DNA of 64,000 nt, taken from assembly GCF_018350175.1 (NCBI RefSeq), contig NC_058368.1:207206001-207270000 (forward strand), written 5' to 3'. Both the position numbers and the translations under genes were made by a program. Under the pieces are notes generated by a model that saw only the letters and a program-made list of their open reading frames with translations, had not been told where the DNA came from and did not search any database. Shown here one piece after another: positions 23,131 through 35,829 of the stretch; position 1 is the stretch's first letter; each line of letters starts with the position of its first letter. This DNA is from Felis catus. Taxonomy: Eukaryota.

Positions 23131-25124
23131 CACCAAATTCAGTTACGCTTGCCTGATACATTTTTTTTCATAGTGTCCCTCCACCCAATATCATATGTAA
23201 TACAAAATGAAAGCAATATTTAACTCTAAAACCAAACTTTCCCACAAACTGAAATTAATACTGCTTCAAAACAGTACAATTCTGAGTTCAGGCTAGAATA
23301 AAGCTGGAACAAAAAAACAGTGATGTAAAAAAAATCCCACATGTTCATAACTAAATTCTTTAATGGATACAAGTATGTGTTCTTAAAATTATAAAAGAAC
23401 GGTGTTTGGTCTAATCCCACCACCTCATGCCTACTTGTCCTAAACCATTCCCAGGAAAAGTGACTAAAACTCTGATTGATGAATTTGGAAATTCTGCTTA
23501 TTTGAATCTTTTCATTTACCTCTTCTATTTTTGATAGTTTTCTCAATCATTTTGTGAGCCCAGTGCTCCAGGAGCATTAACTTGTCAGAATCTCAAGAGC
23601 TCCTGCAAGCAAAGCCCTTCTCTCTGTGAAGTGATGCTACCTAAAGCAAACCCTGTAAATAAAAACAGTCTTAGCCTTTGTGGAGAATAGGAAACATAAC
23701 TTTATACCTGAAGATTATCTCAACAACAAAAAATATTCAAATAATCATGTGAAGATTTTATCTAGATACTGTCAGATTTTTAGATACTGAAAACTTCAAA
23801 CAGTTGTCTGGGTTGTCTTGTTCATTTTTCTCATGAAACTTTTGCATAAAATTATAGGTCTTCTTGATGTTATACAGTCAATGTGGTGGCCAGGGAATAT
23901 TTGCTTCAAGAGTAAATCATGCTGTATAGCAGCAATGTGGGTTCTTTATGAACTTAAACACAATTCAAAAGCAAAATATGCAAAAATCACTTTTCATCAT
24001 CATTAAATGCCATGAAATAATTTTTCCAACTTGTTATAACTGCTTATGAAATTTTTAAAAAAAGAACAAAAATAAGAACCACCATTGAATTATTTTGTGT
24101 GAAATGTATTCTATAATACTCTTAAATTAGATTTTTTTTAAAAATGCCAGTACAGTAATCATTGGCTAAAAATATCCAATTATATTGATTTATTTCCTGT
24201 ATCTTAGCCGATTTCACATGTTCTTAACAACAGGAAATGTGTTTTTATTGCTTTTTAGAAATTACAGTACGTTTTAAAATTCTATTCAAAATGTAAATGT
24301 TCCTGGTATTGGAGAATTAAAGAAATACTAATGCAAAGACAAGATTTTTCCATTTAGTTCAAAGTTGCCCTTTAGCCTTTATCCTACAATCATTTTATCT
24401 ATGATTTAAAAACTACAAGAAAAGAAGTACCAAAAAATGTCAGTGTGAGACATTTTTGCCTGTTATTTTTTCAATGTGCTATGGAAGCATTGCCTACTAT
24501 AGACTTCATTGCAATGAAAGTCACCTTTTAGGGATGCTTTTGGATTTGTGTGCTTTGAAGTTTGTGCAAGTAGACATATTTCCATTTCTCTCTATAGCTT
24601 TGGTAAATGAAAGATATCATATTGTCTCTGCAACTTTGAGTCACCATTCATATCAAAATCCAGTTCATCCACTGGAAATGATGGTAAACTACCCATCTTT
24701 CCTGTTTTCCTCCCCTTCCCACATTTTGGTCTCTCCCAATGGAAATCCATATTATGTCTTTAATTCAGCTAATCCAAAATGCTGCATTATCAAAATGTTC
24801 CACTTGGGATAAAGAATCCACAAATCTAGCTTTGAGCCTTCAAGGAAAACCATTGTGGCATGTCCTCAGATAAAAGGAGAATAGCCATTAAATGTCCTTT
24901 CCAAACCATCCATTAGCATTAAACTTGATTCTCAGAGAATTCTTGGGGTAAGTGGCACACACAAAAAAAGACTCTACAAACTAGAATAAACAAACTCTGT
25001 ATATGCACCATATACATATTTTCCTGATTTTAAGATGAACTTCCATTCTGTTCAAAGTAAAAGATGCTATTATTTACCAAGCTTTGTAGAATGAATTCTG
25101 CACAAATTACTTTGGAATTACAGT

Positions 25125-25295
25125 TGGTGGTTCTCAACCCTCACATTTAATATTCATTTAAAAGCTTTTAAAACCAGCACAAGCCTTGGTTTCATCCAAA
25201 GACTCATTCTCATTGGTTTGGGGTTCAATCAGTATGGTCATTTTTTCAAAGTTCAGTGGATGAGTGTTATTTGCAGTCAGAGTTAAGAACCAATG
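25125..25295. mobile_element. MER5-type hAT MITE
   Basis: gtggttctcaacc...gagttaagaaccaatg terminal inverted repeats. Confidence 0.7.
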
Positions 25296-26822
25296 ACTCA
25301 GGGTAAAAATAACTTTATTATATAGCATTTAATTCACCTCTAGAAAGTCACCCAACCCCAATATATGTTGTGTATGTCACACTTGACCAAATATTTTCTT
25401 TTGGGAAAATTGATGTCTCCAAATAATATTAAAGTATTGTTTGGTCAGCATTGTTTGAAAATTATGTCATGAAGCATTATTTCATAAGAATTCTTCTATC
25501 ATTTCAGTGGAAGATCATGAGTTCCTTCTGAAACCAGAAATAGGGTCCTTAATGATATGGGATACTGGGAACTAATTAAGTATGCACAAACATGCAAAGA
25601 AATACTATGTGGTAATAAAAATTATGCTATAGATCTTTGTTTATTGATATTCATGAAATAACAGTAATGGAAATACAGAGATACAGATTAAATAATATTA
25701 CACCAAAATCCTAATAATGTTTTTATGCAAATGCTATTTTTGGTTATATTTCTATATTCCATAGTGTTTGATCTTTAAAATCCATATGCATAATTTTAAC
25801 AAAACAACAAGCAAGAAAACTCACAATTTGGAAGAAAAGAGAAAGGAATAAAAGCAAGAAAAACAGAAAAAAGAGATAAAGTGGGCAAAACTTGTGTGGA
25901 TTACTTTGGGAGCATCAAGATTATAGCAGGTCTTCAAAGATGAGTTTGTAGAAACCTTGAGGAAAAATTGATTTCAATTTTTTAAGTGCATTTGTAGCAA
26001 ACTGTACAATTTCCTTGTCAACAGTAACACAGATAAAACCTTCTGAGAGTATTAGAACTCCTAGAAGAAATGTGTGTTATTGCTAGGTGTCTACAGTTCT
26101 TATAGTTTCATTATTTACAATAGGAAATTCATAAATGATAGATTAGTTTACACAGTCTAGTCCTGCGAATGAAAAGCAATGTAAAATGTTTCTTGTTTAA
26201 GGATGTAAGAATTTATCACACTTGTAAAAACTAGACCATTCTTCTGAATATTTCTAAGGCATTCCTTCATTTGTATAGCAAGTATTTATTGAGTATCAGC
26301 TAACTAACAATCTAAAAGTAAATTACATGTATGTTTATATAATTCTCCCATTTTATCCTGACAAAAATGAAAGGATGCAACTTTGCAATCATTTTTTTTC
26401 CAAGCTATGACATGGGATTCTTTAATCAAGTCAATTTTAAATCATATTTTAATTTTTATTAGGCTTTACCCAAAACCCAAAGGGGATACAAAACTGTGAT
26501 GAGCATGTCTCTAGAAACTTGGAATGCATTATAGAAAAGACAACACACACACGTACACACGTACACAGGCGCACACACATACACATGCACACACAAGTCT
26601 AATGTTAAGAAGATATAACTTTATAATGGCACTGACAAACAGAACTTTCTGGCTCAGGTGATCAGGAGGATTCTTGGAAGAGATATGAACTAGACCACGT
26701 AGATCCTGGCAATTTCAATAGTCGGAGACTGTAAAGAGGAGGGAGAACATTTTCATAGCAGGGCCATGCAGAGTAACTTAGGGTCTGAAGAATAGACTAG
26801 TGGTACTGATGTAAAGAATTCA

Positions 26823-27024
26823 GGGGTGCCTTGGTGGCTCCATCGGTTAGGTATCTGACTCTTGTTTTCTGCTTAGGTCATGATCTCACAGCGGTGGGAT
26901 CGAGCCCCGTGTCAGGGTCTGCACTGACAGTGAGGAGTCTCTTTGGGGTTCTTTCTCTTCCTCTCTCTCTGCCCCTCCCCTGTTCATGCTCTCTCTCTCA
27001 AAATAAATAAACAAACATTAAAAA
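26823..27024 (+). mobile_element. CanSINE (older type)
   Basis: TSD aaagaattca at 26813-26822 and 27025-27034. Confidence 0.95.
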
Positions 27025-27194
27025 AAAGAATTCACATAAGAGAGCTATGAAAGATAAATTTGGACAAGATCAAATAGGGTAACCAATGGGTAGCCTTGGT
27101 TACCCATTCCAGGAGATTGAATTTTTTTCACTGAAACATGAGGAAGCATGTTTGAACAGGTGGAGGTTGGGTGGTCTTTAAGGATATGGCCATT

Positions 27195-27665
27195 TTGTAC
27201 CTTCTCTGACCTCATCTCCTACCAACCATCACCTTGCTTGTTCTACTCTAGCCATAATGACCTTCTTGCTCTTTGTCAAATACATCAAGACTTACCTGCC
27301 TCAGGGCCTTTATGCTTACTGCTTAGTGCATTATTACTGCCATGCTTTTCTCCCAGATCTTTGTTTAACTGGCCCCTCACTTCATTCTTTTGCTGCTCAG
27401 CATGTTCCTCAAATAGGGATTTTATCATTCTATACTTTGACACTTTGCTTTGGTTTTCTTCATAGTATGACCTAACATAGCTCTTTCTCACACAGGGACA
27501 CGTACATTTTTTGTTGTTTATTTGTCATTTGTCTCCTGTAAAGAAAATTGAAAAATAAACTTCATGCAGCATGGGTATCCCAACTCTGTCATGTTTACTC
27601 CAGAGCTTAGAACACGGGTAGAACCAAAGGAATATTCAAGAAGTATTTATTAGATGAATTAATAA
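27195..27665 (+). mobile_element. L2 3' end
   Basis: ctctgacctcatctcctacca...cctgcctcagggccttt...agagcttagaacacggg...tatttattagatgaattaat. Confidence 0.75.
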
Positions 27666-27795
27666 CATCTTAATAGATTAACTAACTAACAAATAACGTA
27701 AGAAGAATTTCAGGAAGATTGGCATACAACGGGAATCTATGACAATAATCTAAACAAGAGGTAGTAGATTAGCCTGAAATGATCACCTTGGAGAT

Positions 27796-27955
27796 AAAAA
27801 AAGAAAAAGAAAAAGAAAAGAAAAGAAAAGAAAAAGAAAAGAAAGAAAAAAAGAAAAGAAAAGAAAAGAAAAGAAAAGAAAAGAAAAGAAAAGAAAAGAA
27901 AAAGAAGGAAAGAAGAAAGGAAAGGAAAGGAAAGGAAAGGAAAGAAAAAAAAAGG
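27796..27955. repeat. Polypurine (GAAAA)n/(GAAAG)n microsatellite
   Basis: About 160 bp of uninterrupted A/G. Confidence 0.97.
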
Positions 27956-28442
27956 ATATAAAAGCATGGGTTGCCTCACTAGCCTCAGAAACCTTATCTG
28001 TACACAAGGACTTTGAACTAGAGTTATGATCTCTCATACTTGTCCAAAATGTGACTACAAAATATGTGAGTCTAAGTATTATCAAGAAATGCCGATATCA
28101 TATCTGGAGGGACAGGGAAAAGTTAGAGATGCCTCGAATTCCACCATGGTGGCTTGGAAAATGTCGATGCTTGTCCACAGCTAGGGAGCAGAAAGAGGAA
28201 GCGGAGCCAGAAGAAAGCCAGGGACATCATGGAGAAGGTTGATACAGAAGGAAGCAGAAAGGCCACATTGTGGATCATATATAAGAAAAAGGAGCTCTTT
28301 CAAGACAGAAAGATGGTTGATAGAGTCACACTGGGGAGGATGGGGCCTGGAATGGTACCAGAGAAGATTTTAAGAGGTCTGCATGCCTTTGGAGAGAGAC
28401 ATTTCAACGGAGAAATATAGACTCACAAAAAAAAAAGTTGTG

Positions 28443-28578
28443 TTTTTTTTGAATTTTAGTTAATTAACATACAGTGCAATATTGATTTCAGGAGTAGAAT
28501 TCAGTGATTCATCACTTACATATAACACCCACTGCTCATGACAACAATGGTTTCTTTAATGTCCATCACCCATCCAGC
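28443..28578 (-). mobile_element. L1 extreme 3' end (carnivore type)
   Basis: ttagttaattaacatacagtgcaatattgatttcaggagtagaattcagtgattcatcacttacatataacaccc. Confidence 0.85.
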
Positions 28579-28795
28579 ACAATTCTTGATAATAAAAAAC
28601 ATAGTTGTCTTCTAGGGTATCGCTTCAATCAGAGAACTAAATCCCAAATATTCCCAGCTTTGAACATCTGCCTCATCCAGTACTCTTCCAATGCACACAA
28701 AGCTTTCCTCCTTCTCAGCTCATTGTCCTACCTTAGAAGTTACTGCATAATTAAATCCCTCATTAGATTTATGAGTATTTTAATTGCCTATGACT

Positions 28796-28936
28796 TTTTT
28801 TTAAGAGGGCTTCACACCAAGTGTGGGGCCTAATATGGGGCTTGAACTCATGACCCTGAGATCAAGACCCTAAGATCAAGATCTGAGCTGAGATTGAGGG
28901 TCTAACGCTTAACCGACTGAGCCACCCGGGCAGGCC
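28796..28936 (-). mobile_element. Short old CanSINE variant
   Basis: ggggcttgaactcatgaccctgagatcaag...cttaaccgactgagccaccc; TSD taattgcc(t/a)atgact at 28781-28795 and 28937-28951. Confidence 0.9.
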
Positions 28937-29069
28937 TAATTGCCAATGACTCTGTCTTGCCCATTCCCTATCTGTTCTCCAGAAAACTGCCAGGGAGATC
29001 TTTGTAAAATTTTCCTTGAATCATATCCTACCACCTGCTCAGAAACCAGTGGTTTCTGGGTCTGTGTGT

Positions 29070-29694
29070 GAGGCTTACAACCACACACATGTATGTTATC
29101 TCAAAATTCCTGTGGGCCTGAACTACAGTCATGCCTTAGCTGGGCCCTGTGTCAGGGTCTCACCAGGCCCCCCCAGTCAAGGGATCAGCTGGGCTGTATT
29201 TTAATCTACAGAATCAACTGGGAAATAAACAAGTTCAAATCTTATTTGTGTTGTTGGCAAAATTTATTTCTTTGCATCTAGAGTAAGATCCCTGTTTTCT
29301 TGCTGGCTTTGGTCTGGGAATTACTCAGTTCCTAGAGGCCACCTCCAGTTCTGTGTCACATGACCCTCTCCAGAAGCTTTCTCACAACACACCAGTTTGC
29401 TTCCTCAAATACAGCAACAGAGAGAGGGTCTCTCCTCCCAGAGAGTGCCTAATCCCTCTGTTATGAGTTTTCATCTAATTGAGTCAGGCCCATTCAGGAT
29501 AATTTCACTTTGGTTAACTCAAATTAACTGGTTTGGGACTTCAATCACATTTAGAAAATCTCTTCACCTTTGTCATATGCTGTTGGCTGGAAGTAAGCCA
29601 TAGGTCTCCCCTTCGCTCATGGGGACGGGACTGCACAGGGCATGAACTTCAGGGTGGGGACTATGGGGGCCATCATAGCATTCTGCCTGCCACA
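29070..29694 (-). mobile_element. MaLR (MLT1) LTR
   Basis: Ends gggggccatcatagcattctgcctgccaca, the reverse complement of an MLT1 start; internal cagttcctagaggccacc. Confidence 0.75.
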
Positions 29695-29964
29695 GCCTTT
29701 AATACATGGTTATCTTTCCTATGTCACATCAGGCTTTATCTACACTGTTGCCTCAGTCTGTTAGACTCTGCATTTCACTCTTCACCCTAGTTAATTTCTA
29801 AACATTTTCCAGAACTCAGTTCACATATTATTTCTTCATTTTCCTTTCCTGACTATCCTATAAATAGTACATACTGTTGTTTTTTGTCATAGTGTATTTC
29901 AAAAGCTTTATTGAGATGTCATTCACATGTTACATAATTCACCTATATGAAGTATGCAATTACA

Positions 29965-30141
29965 GGGGCGCTTGGGCGGCTCAGTCGTTTAAGTGTCCGA
30001 TTTTGGCTCAGGTCGTGATCTGGCAGTCCATGGGTTCGAGTCCCATGTCAGGCTTTGTGCTGACACCTCAGAGCCTGGAGACTACTCCGGATTCTGTGTC
30101 TCCCTCTCTCTCTGCCCCTCCCCGCTCATGCTCTGTCCTTG

Positions 30142-30172
<31 letters not shown>

Positions 30173-30190
30173 AAAACATTAAAAAATTTA
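29965..30190 (+). mobile_element. CanSINE
   Basis: TSD aagtatgcaattaca at 29950-29964 and 30191-30205. Confidence 0.97.
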
Positions 30191-30827
30191 AAGTATGCAA
30201 TTACATAAATTTTAGTATATTCAGAGTTGTGTGATCATCATCAACTTTAGAATATTTTCAGTATCCCCAAAGGAATTAGCAGCCATTACCGATCCCTCTC
30301 TCCTATTAGCTCTAGTCAAACACTAATCCACTTTTTGTCTCTACACATTTGCCCATTCTGCACACTTCATGCAAGTTGAATCATACAATATGTGGTTTTA
30401 TATGACTGGCTTTTTCCACTTAGCGTAATGTTTTCAAGGTTCATTCATGTTGTAGTATGTTATCAGTACTTCATTCCTTTTACTGCATTCAATTCAAGTA
30501 ACATTCAGTTCTATAGAGATAACACATTCTGTTTATTTATTCATCAACTGTAGACTTTTGCATTGTTTCCAGCTTGGGGTTACTATGACTAATGCTATTG
30601 TGAATGTTCATGCACAAGTTTTTATCTGGACATATGTTTTTCAATTCTCTTGGGATATATCCCTGGGAGTGGAATGACTGAGTCATATAGTACGTCTATG
30701 TTTAGCATTTTGAGAAACTGCCAAACCATTTTCCAAAGTGGCTATACCATTTCACACTGCCACCAGCTATGTATGGGGGGCTCAACTGCTCCACATGTTT
30801 GTCAACACTTGTTACTGTCCTTTTTTT

Positions 30828-31437
30828 CCCCTTGTTTTACAGGTGGATTTTACCAACTTAAAGATAAAAAACAAAAAAAACAAAAAAAATTGACACAAGT
30901 GTGTAAGTAAATGTAAATTTTATGAAAGTAAATGTAATTATGAAAGTAAATGTAATTTATGAAAGTAAATGTAATTATCACATTAATAACTAAGAAAAAT
31001 TATATCATTTCTAGAGATGCAGGTAAATACATCTCACAAAATTGAACCCCCATGTATGATAAAACTCTCAGCAAACTAAGAGTAGAAGGAACCTCTTCTA
31101 TCTGGTCAAGGACAGTATAGAAAATACTTACAGTAATATTGTACTTGAGAGTGAGAAATTGAATTCAATCTTGCTAAGATTGAGAACAGGACAAGAATAT
31201 CTTCTAACTACTTTTATTCAACATTGTACTGAAGGTTCTAGACAGTGCATTCCTAGAAAACAAAAGTAAGTAAGAAATATAAATATTGAAAAGGAAGAAG
31301 GAAATTGTCTTTATTCACAGATAACACAACTATGTTATCACAGATAACACAACTGTGTTTCTTTTATATTCAGAGAAAGTCCCTACTTCCCCCAGCTACT
31401 ACGGCCAATAAGTGAATTTAGCAAGGTCACAGTATAC
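30828..31437 (+). mobile_element. Old L1 ORF2 (RT region) fragment, opposite in orientation to its host L1
   Basis: tttacaggtggattttaccaa (cf. FTGEFYQ), atgataaaactctcagcaaacta, ttgtctttattcacagat (cf. LSLFAD), aataagtgaatttagcaaggt. Confidence 0.8.
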
Positions 31438-31680
31438 TGTCAGGAGATAATTCTTGCTGGGTCTCTCATGTTTCTGCCTGACCACAGGGCATGTGGAGTG
31501 TCTGATTGATGATTCATACCCTGGGTATTTGGATTGGCCTCAGCAGGCTGGCTGGAACTTCTCTCTCTGTTTCTACTCATCTGTCTCCAGTGTAATATCC
31601 TTAACGCCCAATGAAATCATCCTTGATCCCAGGGCTCATAGGCCTCTCTGCTACCTTCCCTTTCTAAGCTTGCTTTCCCA
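31438..31680 (+). mobile_element. ERVL-type LTR 5' fragment (MER74/LTR53-like start)
   Basis: TGTCAGGAGATAATTCTTGCTGGGTCTCTCATGTTTCTGC resembles a recalled ERVL LTR start. Confidence 0.45.
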
Positions 31681-32128
31681 TTTTTTTATTGTAGCTACCC
31701 TAGTAAGTATAAAGTGGCATCTCATCATGGTTTTGATTGGCATTTCCTTACTGACTAATGATGCATTTTATCACGTGCTCATGGGCCGTTGGCATGTATT
31801 TTTAGGATAAAAGTCTGTTCAAATGATTTGCCTACTTTTAAATTGGGCTATTTGTCCTTATATTATTGAGTTTTCAGAGTTCTTTATATACTCTGGATAC
31901 AAGTCTCTTATGAGATATATGATTTGCAAATATCTCCTCCCATTCTATAGGTTGTCTTTTCTTTTTCTTGTTCATATCATTTGCAGGGCAAATATGTTTT
32001 ATTTTGATGAAGTCTGTTTACCTGTTTTTTTTTTCTTTTAGGTCTTGTGCTTTTGGTGTGATATTGAAGAAACCATTGCCTAACTCACTAAGATTTATTC
32101 CTGTTTTCTTCTAAGAATTTTCTAGATT

Positions 32129-32347
32129 GGGGCGCCTGGGTGGCTCAGTCGGTTAAGCGTCCGACTTCAACTCAGGTCACAATCTCGCGGTCCGTGAGTT
32201 TGAGCCCCGCGTCGGGCTCTGGGCTGATGGCTCAGAGCCTGGAGCCTGCTTCTGATTCTGTGTCTCCCTCTCTCTCTGCCCCTCCCCCATTCATGCTCTG
32301 TTTCTCTCTGTCTCAAAAATAAATAAACGTTAAAAAAATTTAAAAAA
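32129..32347 (+). mobile_element. Young feline CanSINE
   Basis: CpG-rich; ctctgggctgatggctcagagcc; TSD aag(a/t)attttctagatt at 32113-32128 and 32348-32363. Confidence 0.97.
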
Positions 32348-33389
32348 AAGTATTTTCTAGATTAGCTTTTACATTGAGGTCTATGACACATTTTGAGTTC
32401 ATTTTTGCATATGGCCTGAGGGAGAGCTCCCATCTCACTCTTTTGCATGTGGACTTTCCATTGTCCTTACTTGTACCATTTGCTAAAAAGATTATTCTTT
32501 CTCCCATTGAATTGTCTAGCACCTTTGTTGAAAATAAATTTGCCACAATATATGAGTTTATTTCTGAACTCTCATTCTATTCCATTGTTTTCTATGTCTA
32601 TCCTTGTGTAAGTACCATACCATCTTGATTGCTATAGCTTTGTAATAAGTTTTAAAGCCAGGAAATATGAGTCCTTCAACTTTGTTCCTTTTTTTTTAAG
32701 ATTGTTTTTGCCGTTCTCAGTCTATATCCATTACTTTAAGCCTTTGAGAACACATCCTCCCAGCTTACATAATTCCAGACTGGAATGTCTTTTTTTAGTC
32801 CTTCCTGAAATGCCAGACCATTCATCCCTTTGTTTGGAAACATGTTGCATGCCTCCCCAAATTATCCCTGACAGTAACCAACAGTGAGCACAAAAAGCAG
32901 CTGGAAATCAAGAACAGGATGGAAAACAAGGGCCTGTTAAGAGAAAATGACAGATTTAGGTCACCAGAAAGTCTTTGAATAGGATATTGTGGGAACAAAG
33001 TGAGTGTCACAGTGAAAAATTAGATCATAAGTCTTAGAATAAATTCTTAAAACAGTTTCCTTGTGTTTTTCTTTTCCTCGTGTGGACTGGGTAGATGGTG
33101 TTGACTAAGTTAGTTCATGTTCTCAGACTCCAGCAAAATGAAATAAATCTGTGCTGTTTCTCATGTACTTTTTGCAGATCCTGCCTTTTGGCTTTTTGTA
33201 GCTAATGTTCATGAGATTTCATGCCAGTTAGAAATTAAGCAGTCCATGCTTTCATTGCACTGAAAAGAAAAAATAAGTTATCATTTGGAGACATACTTAT
33301 GTTGAGAGAGTTTCAATAACGTTATCCACATGTGAAGTTTTTTAAGATCACATGTCTACATGCCAACTCTTCATATAGTCACATCGGAC

Positions 33390-33535
33390 CTTGTCAGATG
33401 ACCAGAGAAAGTTACTGCTTTCATTTTAAAGAAGCAGAAACTGAAGTTCCAAGAGGTAAATTGATTCACTTACATAAATGAGCATGGCAGGGACACAGCT
33501 GGGATCAAACTGCAGTTTGTAGCCTCCTTAGGTCA
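33390..33535 (-). mobile_element. MIR fragment
   Basis: cattttaaagaagcagaaactgaagttccaagaggtaaattgattc...gctgggatcaaac. Confidence 0.65.
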
Positions 33536-33536
33536 C

Positions 33537-34013
33537 TGTTATAGGTTGAATTGCAACTTCCAAAAAAGATACAGTAAAGTCCTAACCACTGGTACCTGTG
33601 AGTATAAACTTATTTGGAAACAGGGTCTTTCTAGATGCAGTCAAGTTGAGTTCATTAGAGCGGGCTCTAATTAAATATGACTGGTGTCTTCACTTAGGGC
33701 CATACTACCCTGAACACGCCCAACCTTGTGTAAATGTGACTGGTGTCATGATGAGAAGAGAAATGCCATGTGACAACAGAGACAAAGATCAGAGTGATGG
33801 AGCGGCAAGCCAATGAATGCCAGGGATTGATGGGAACCATCAGAAGCTGGAAGAGGCAAGGAAATACTGTACCCTGCAGACTTTGGGGAAAGCATGATCC
33901 AACACCTTGATTTTGGACTTCTAGCCTCTAGAACTGTGAGACAATAAATTTTTGTTGTGTGATGCAACCTAACTTGTGGTACAGTGTTAAGACATACCTA
34001 GGAAATGAATACA
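33537..34013 (+). mobile_element. MaLR MLT1B/C-like solo LTR
   Basis: TGTTATAGGTTGAATTG...ttatttggaaacagggtcttt...accttgattttggacttctagcctctagaactgtgagacaataaattt...ggaaatgaataca. Confidence 0.92.
33692..33731 (+). pseudogene. 3'-truncated 5S rRNA retro-fragment (tailless)
   Basis: ttagggccatactaccctgaacacgcccaaccttgt vs 5S GTCTACGGCCATACCACCCTGAACGCGCCCGATCTCGT: 29/35 identical over 5S nt 4-38 by eye; 17-bp TSD. Confidence 0.85.
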
Positions 34014-34384
34014 GACAATATGTGCTCCTTAACACCAGACTTTATAACAGGAAATGAGCCTTTTCAGAGCACCAAGCAGTGCCTCACAATTTAAGAATGA
34101 TTTCTTGCTATTCAAACTCAATTCCATTGCACTAGGGCAAATTCAATACTGGCCAGTAACTCATTAGAGTTCAGAGTTCGGTGAGTGTATGTTGAACTGC
34201 TGGTTTCTAAGTTGCTTAGGTCTAAACGCTTCCCCGCGATTGTGTATGCTTCTAAAGTTCATGAGCTCACGTTCTTAGGATCGCCCTGGCCTCCCAACTC
34301 CTGTGTTCATACCTTCAGTCTCTGCTTTGCTTGAAGACAACCAAAGATCCCCAGCATTTAGAGCCACAACTCAAAGATCATAAG

Positions 34385-34530
34385 CAGGGCCAGTTATATG
34401 ACTGTGTAACCAGTGCTGTCACACAGTGTCCCGAGTTTGGTGCCCTGGTTAATGGTCTTGAAATTCTTAATCTTTCTGACTTTGAATTTGCATTTCTGAA
34501 GTGAAGTCTGATGAGCCAATGGAGCTTGTA
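34385..34530 (+). mobile_element. MER45-like hAT-Tip100 fragment
   Basis: CAGGGCCAGTTATATGACTGTGTAACCAGTGCTGTCACACAG...GTCTTGAAATTCTTAAT. Confidence 0.6.
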
Positions 34531-34599
34531 CCTTCTACACAGCTCATCAGAAGCTCTCAGAGGAGTCAAGCTCCTATAGCTACAGCAATACCAAATCGA

Positions 34600-34752
34600 T
34601 AAATTACTCCTATCATTCCTTTCCCTCCTTCCACGTTATACTCTTTCAGTCCCCACACCCATTACCTAGGGTAACTTCCCAAGTAAATTACCTACACATG
34701 AGACCCTGTTTAAAGTTTTGTCTTCAGAGGAAGAGAAATGAAGGCTAAGGCA
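34600..34752 (+). mobile_element. ERVL LTR 3' end (LTR16/LTR33-like)
   Basis: acttcccaagtaaattacctacacatgagaccctgtttaaagttttgtcttcagagg...ggctaaggca. Confidence 0.5.
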
Positions 34753-35447
34753 GTTGTGACACGACACACTAAAGTTTAGTGTTCCTGGAATACAGAAACC
34801 TCAGAAAGTAATAATAAAATGAAGAGACCTGTGTGACTTTCCTGAGTTCCTTTCCACCTACCCCTTTTGAAAAATTACTCTGAATTATACACTTATTATT
34901 CAACACCATTGCAGAACATGGTCTACTTATGCTATGATAAAATATGCAGATGAACAATGTAACTGATCATTTTACAAGCTTTGTCAAATGGATGTATGTC
35001 TATGCCTGGATAACCACGACCATGAGCAATTATCATGGTAAGACTAAAAAAAAAAGAGAGAAAAGAACTGTATTTTTAAAAATTCAAATTTTAAGAAATT
35101 TGTGAGTATGATACAAAAAAAAAAGGACAGAAAGGAGATACACTCTGAGTGAAAGACAGCAGGTTTGGTAGAAGGAAGAATCCACAAGTTTAAATCATAC
35201 ATCTATTCAATTACCTAATTAATAGAAGTCAGATAATGTGTACCAATGGAACAGTGTGCTGTTCAAATAGATTCCTGCTGAAATGTTAACTAGTGCAAAG
35301 CTTACATTCCCTATTCATACCACTGCAGCAAGTCCAGAGAAAATACACTAATTTCTTTTTTTTTCAGAATGTTTCTTGCCAAAACAGACAAACAGGGCTG
35401 TATAATAGAGCAGGATAAGTAGGAAACTACAAAACAAAAATTATTTT

Positions 35448-35665
35448 GGAGCATTTGGGGGGCTCAGTCGGTTAAGCATCTGACTTCAGCTCAGGTCATG
35501 ATCTCACAGTTCGTGGGTTCGAGTCCCATGTCAGGCTCTGTGCTGACAGCTCAGAGCCTGAAGACGGCTTCAGATCCTGTGTCTCCTTCTCTCTCTGCCC
35601 CTCCCCTGCTCATTCTCTGTCTCTCTCTCTTAAAAAAATAAATATAAAAAATTAAAAAAATATAT
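35448..35665 (+). mobile_element. CanSINE
   Basis: ggctcagtcggttaagcatctgacttcagctcaggtcatgatctc...ggttcgagtccc; CT tract and A-tail. Confidence 0.95.
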
Positions 35666-35829
35666 TTCAGATTTATGCAAGGCTTCCTGGAGTTGGGCAA
35701 CTTTGGGGGGCTGTTTTTTTTTATCTGATTAGGTCTAAGTTCACCTAATAAAAGGAAACTTTCAGAACTATAGTGCAATAAAAATGATTTTTTAAAGTGA
35801 GTTTTCCATGAATCAAAAAGAATTGTTGA

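Larger units (their letters stand above)
29900..32700 (-). mobile_element. Old L1 (L1MB-like) 3' region, interrupted by two SINEs and a composite insert
   Basis: Antisense L1 3' UTR/ORF2 text: tttattgagat..., ttttcaaggttcattcatgttgtag, gagaaactgccaaaccattttccaaagtggc, atgatttgcaaatat, gagtccttcaactttgttc. Confidence 0.88.

Noticed and set aside
27737..28085. K/E/R-rich and F/S/L-rich ORFs
   Set aside because: Translation of the purine microsatellite
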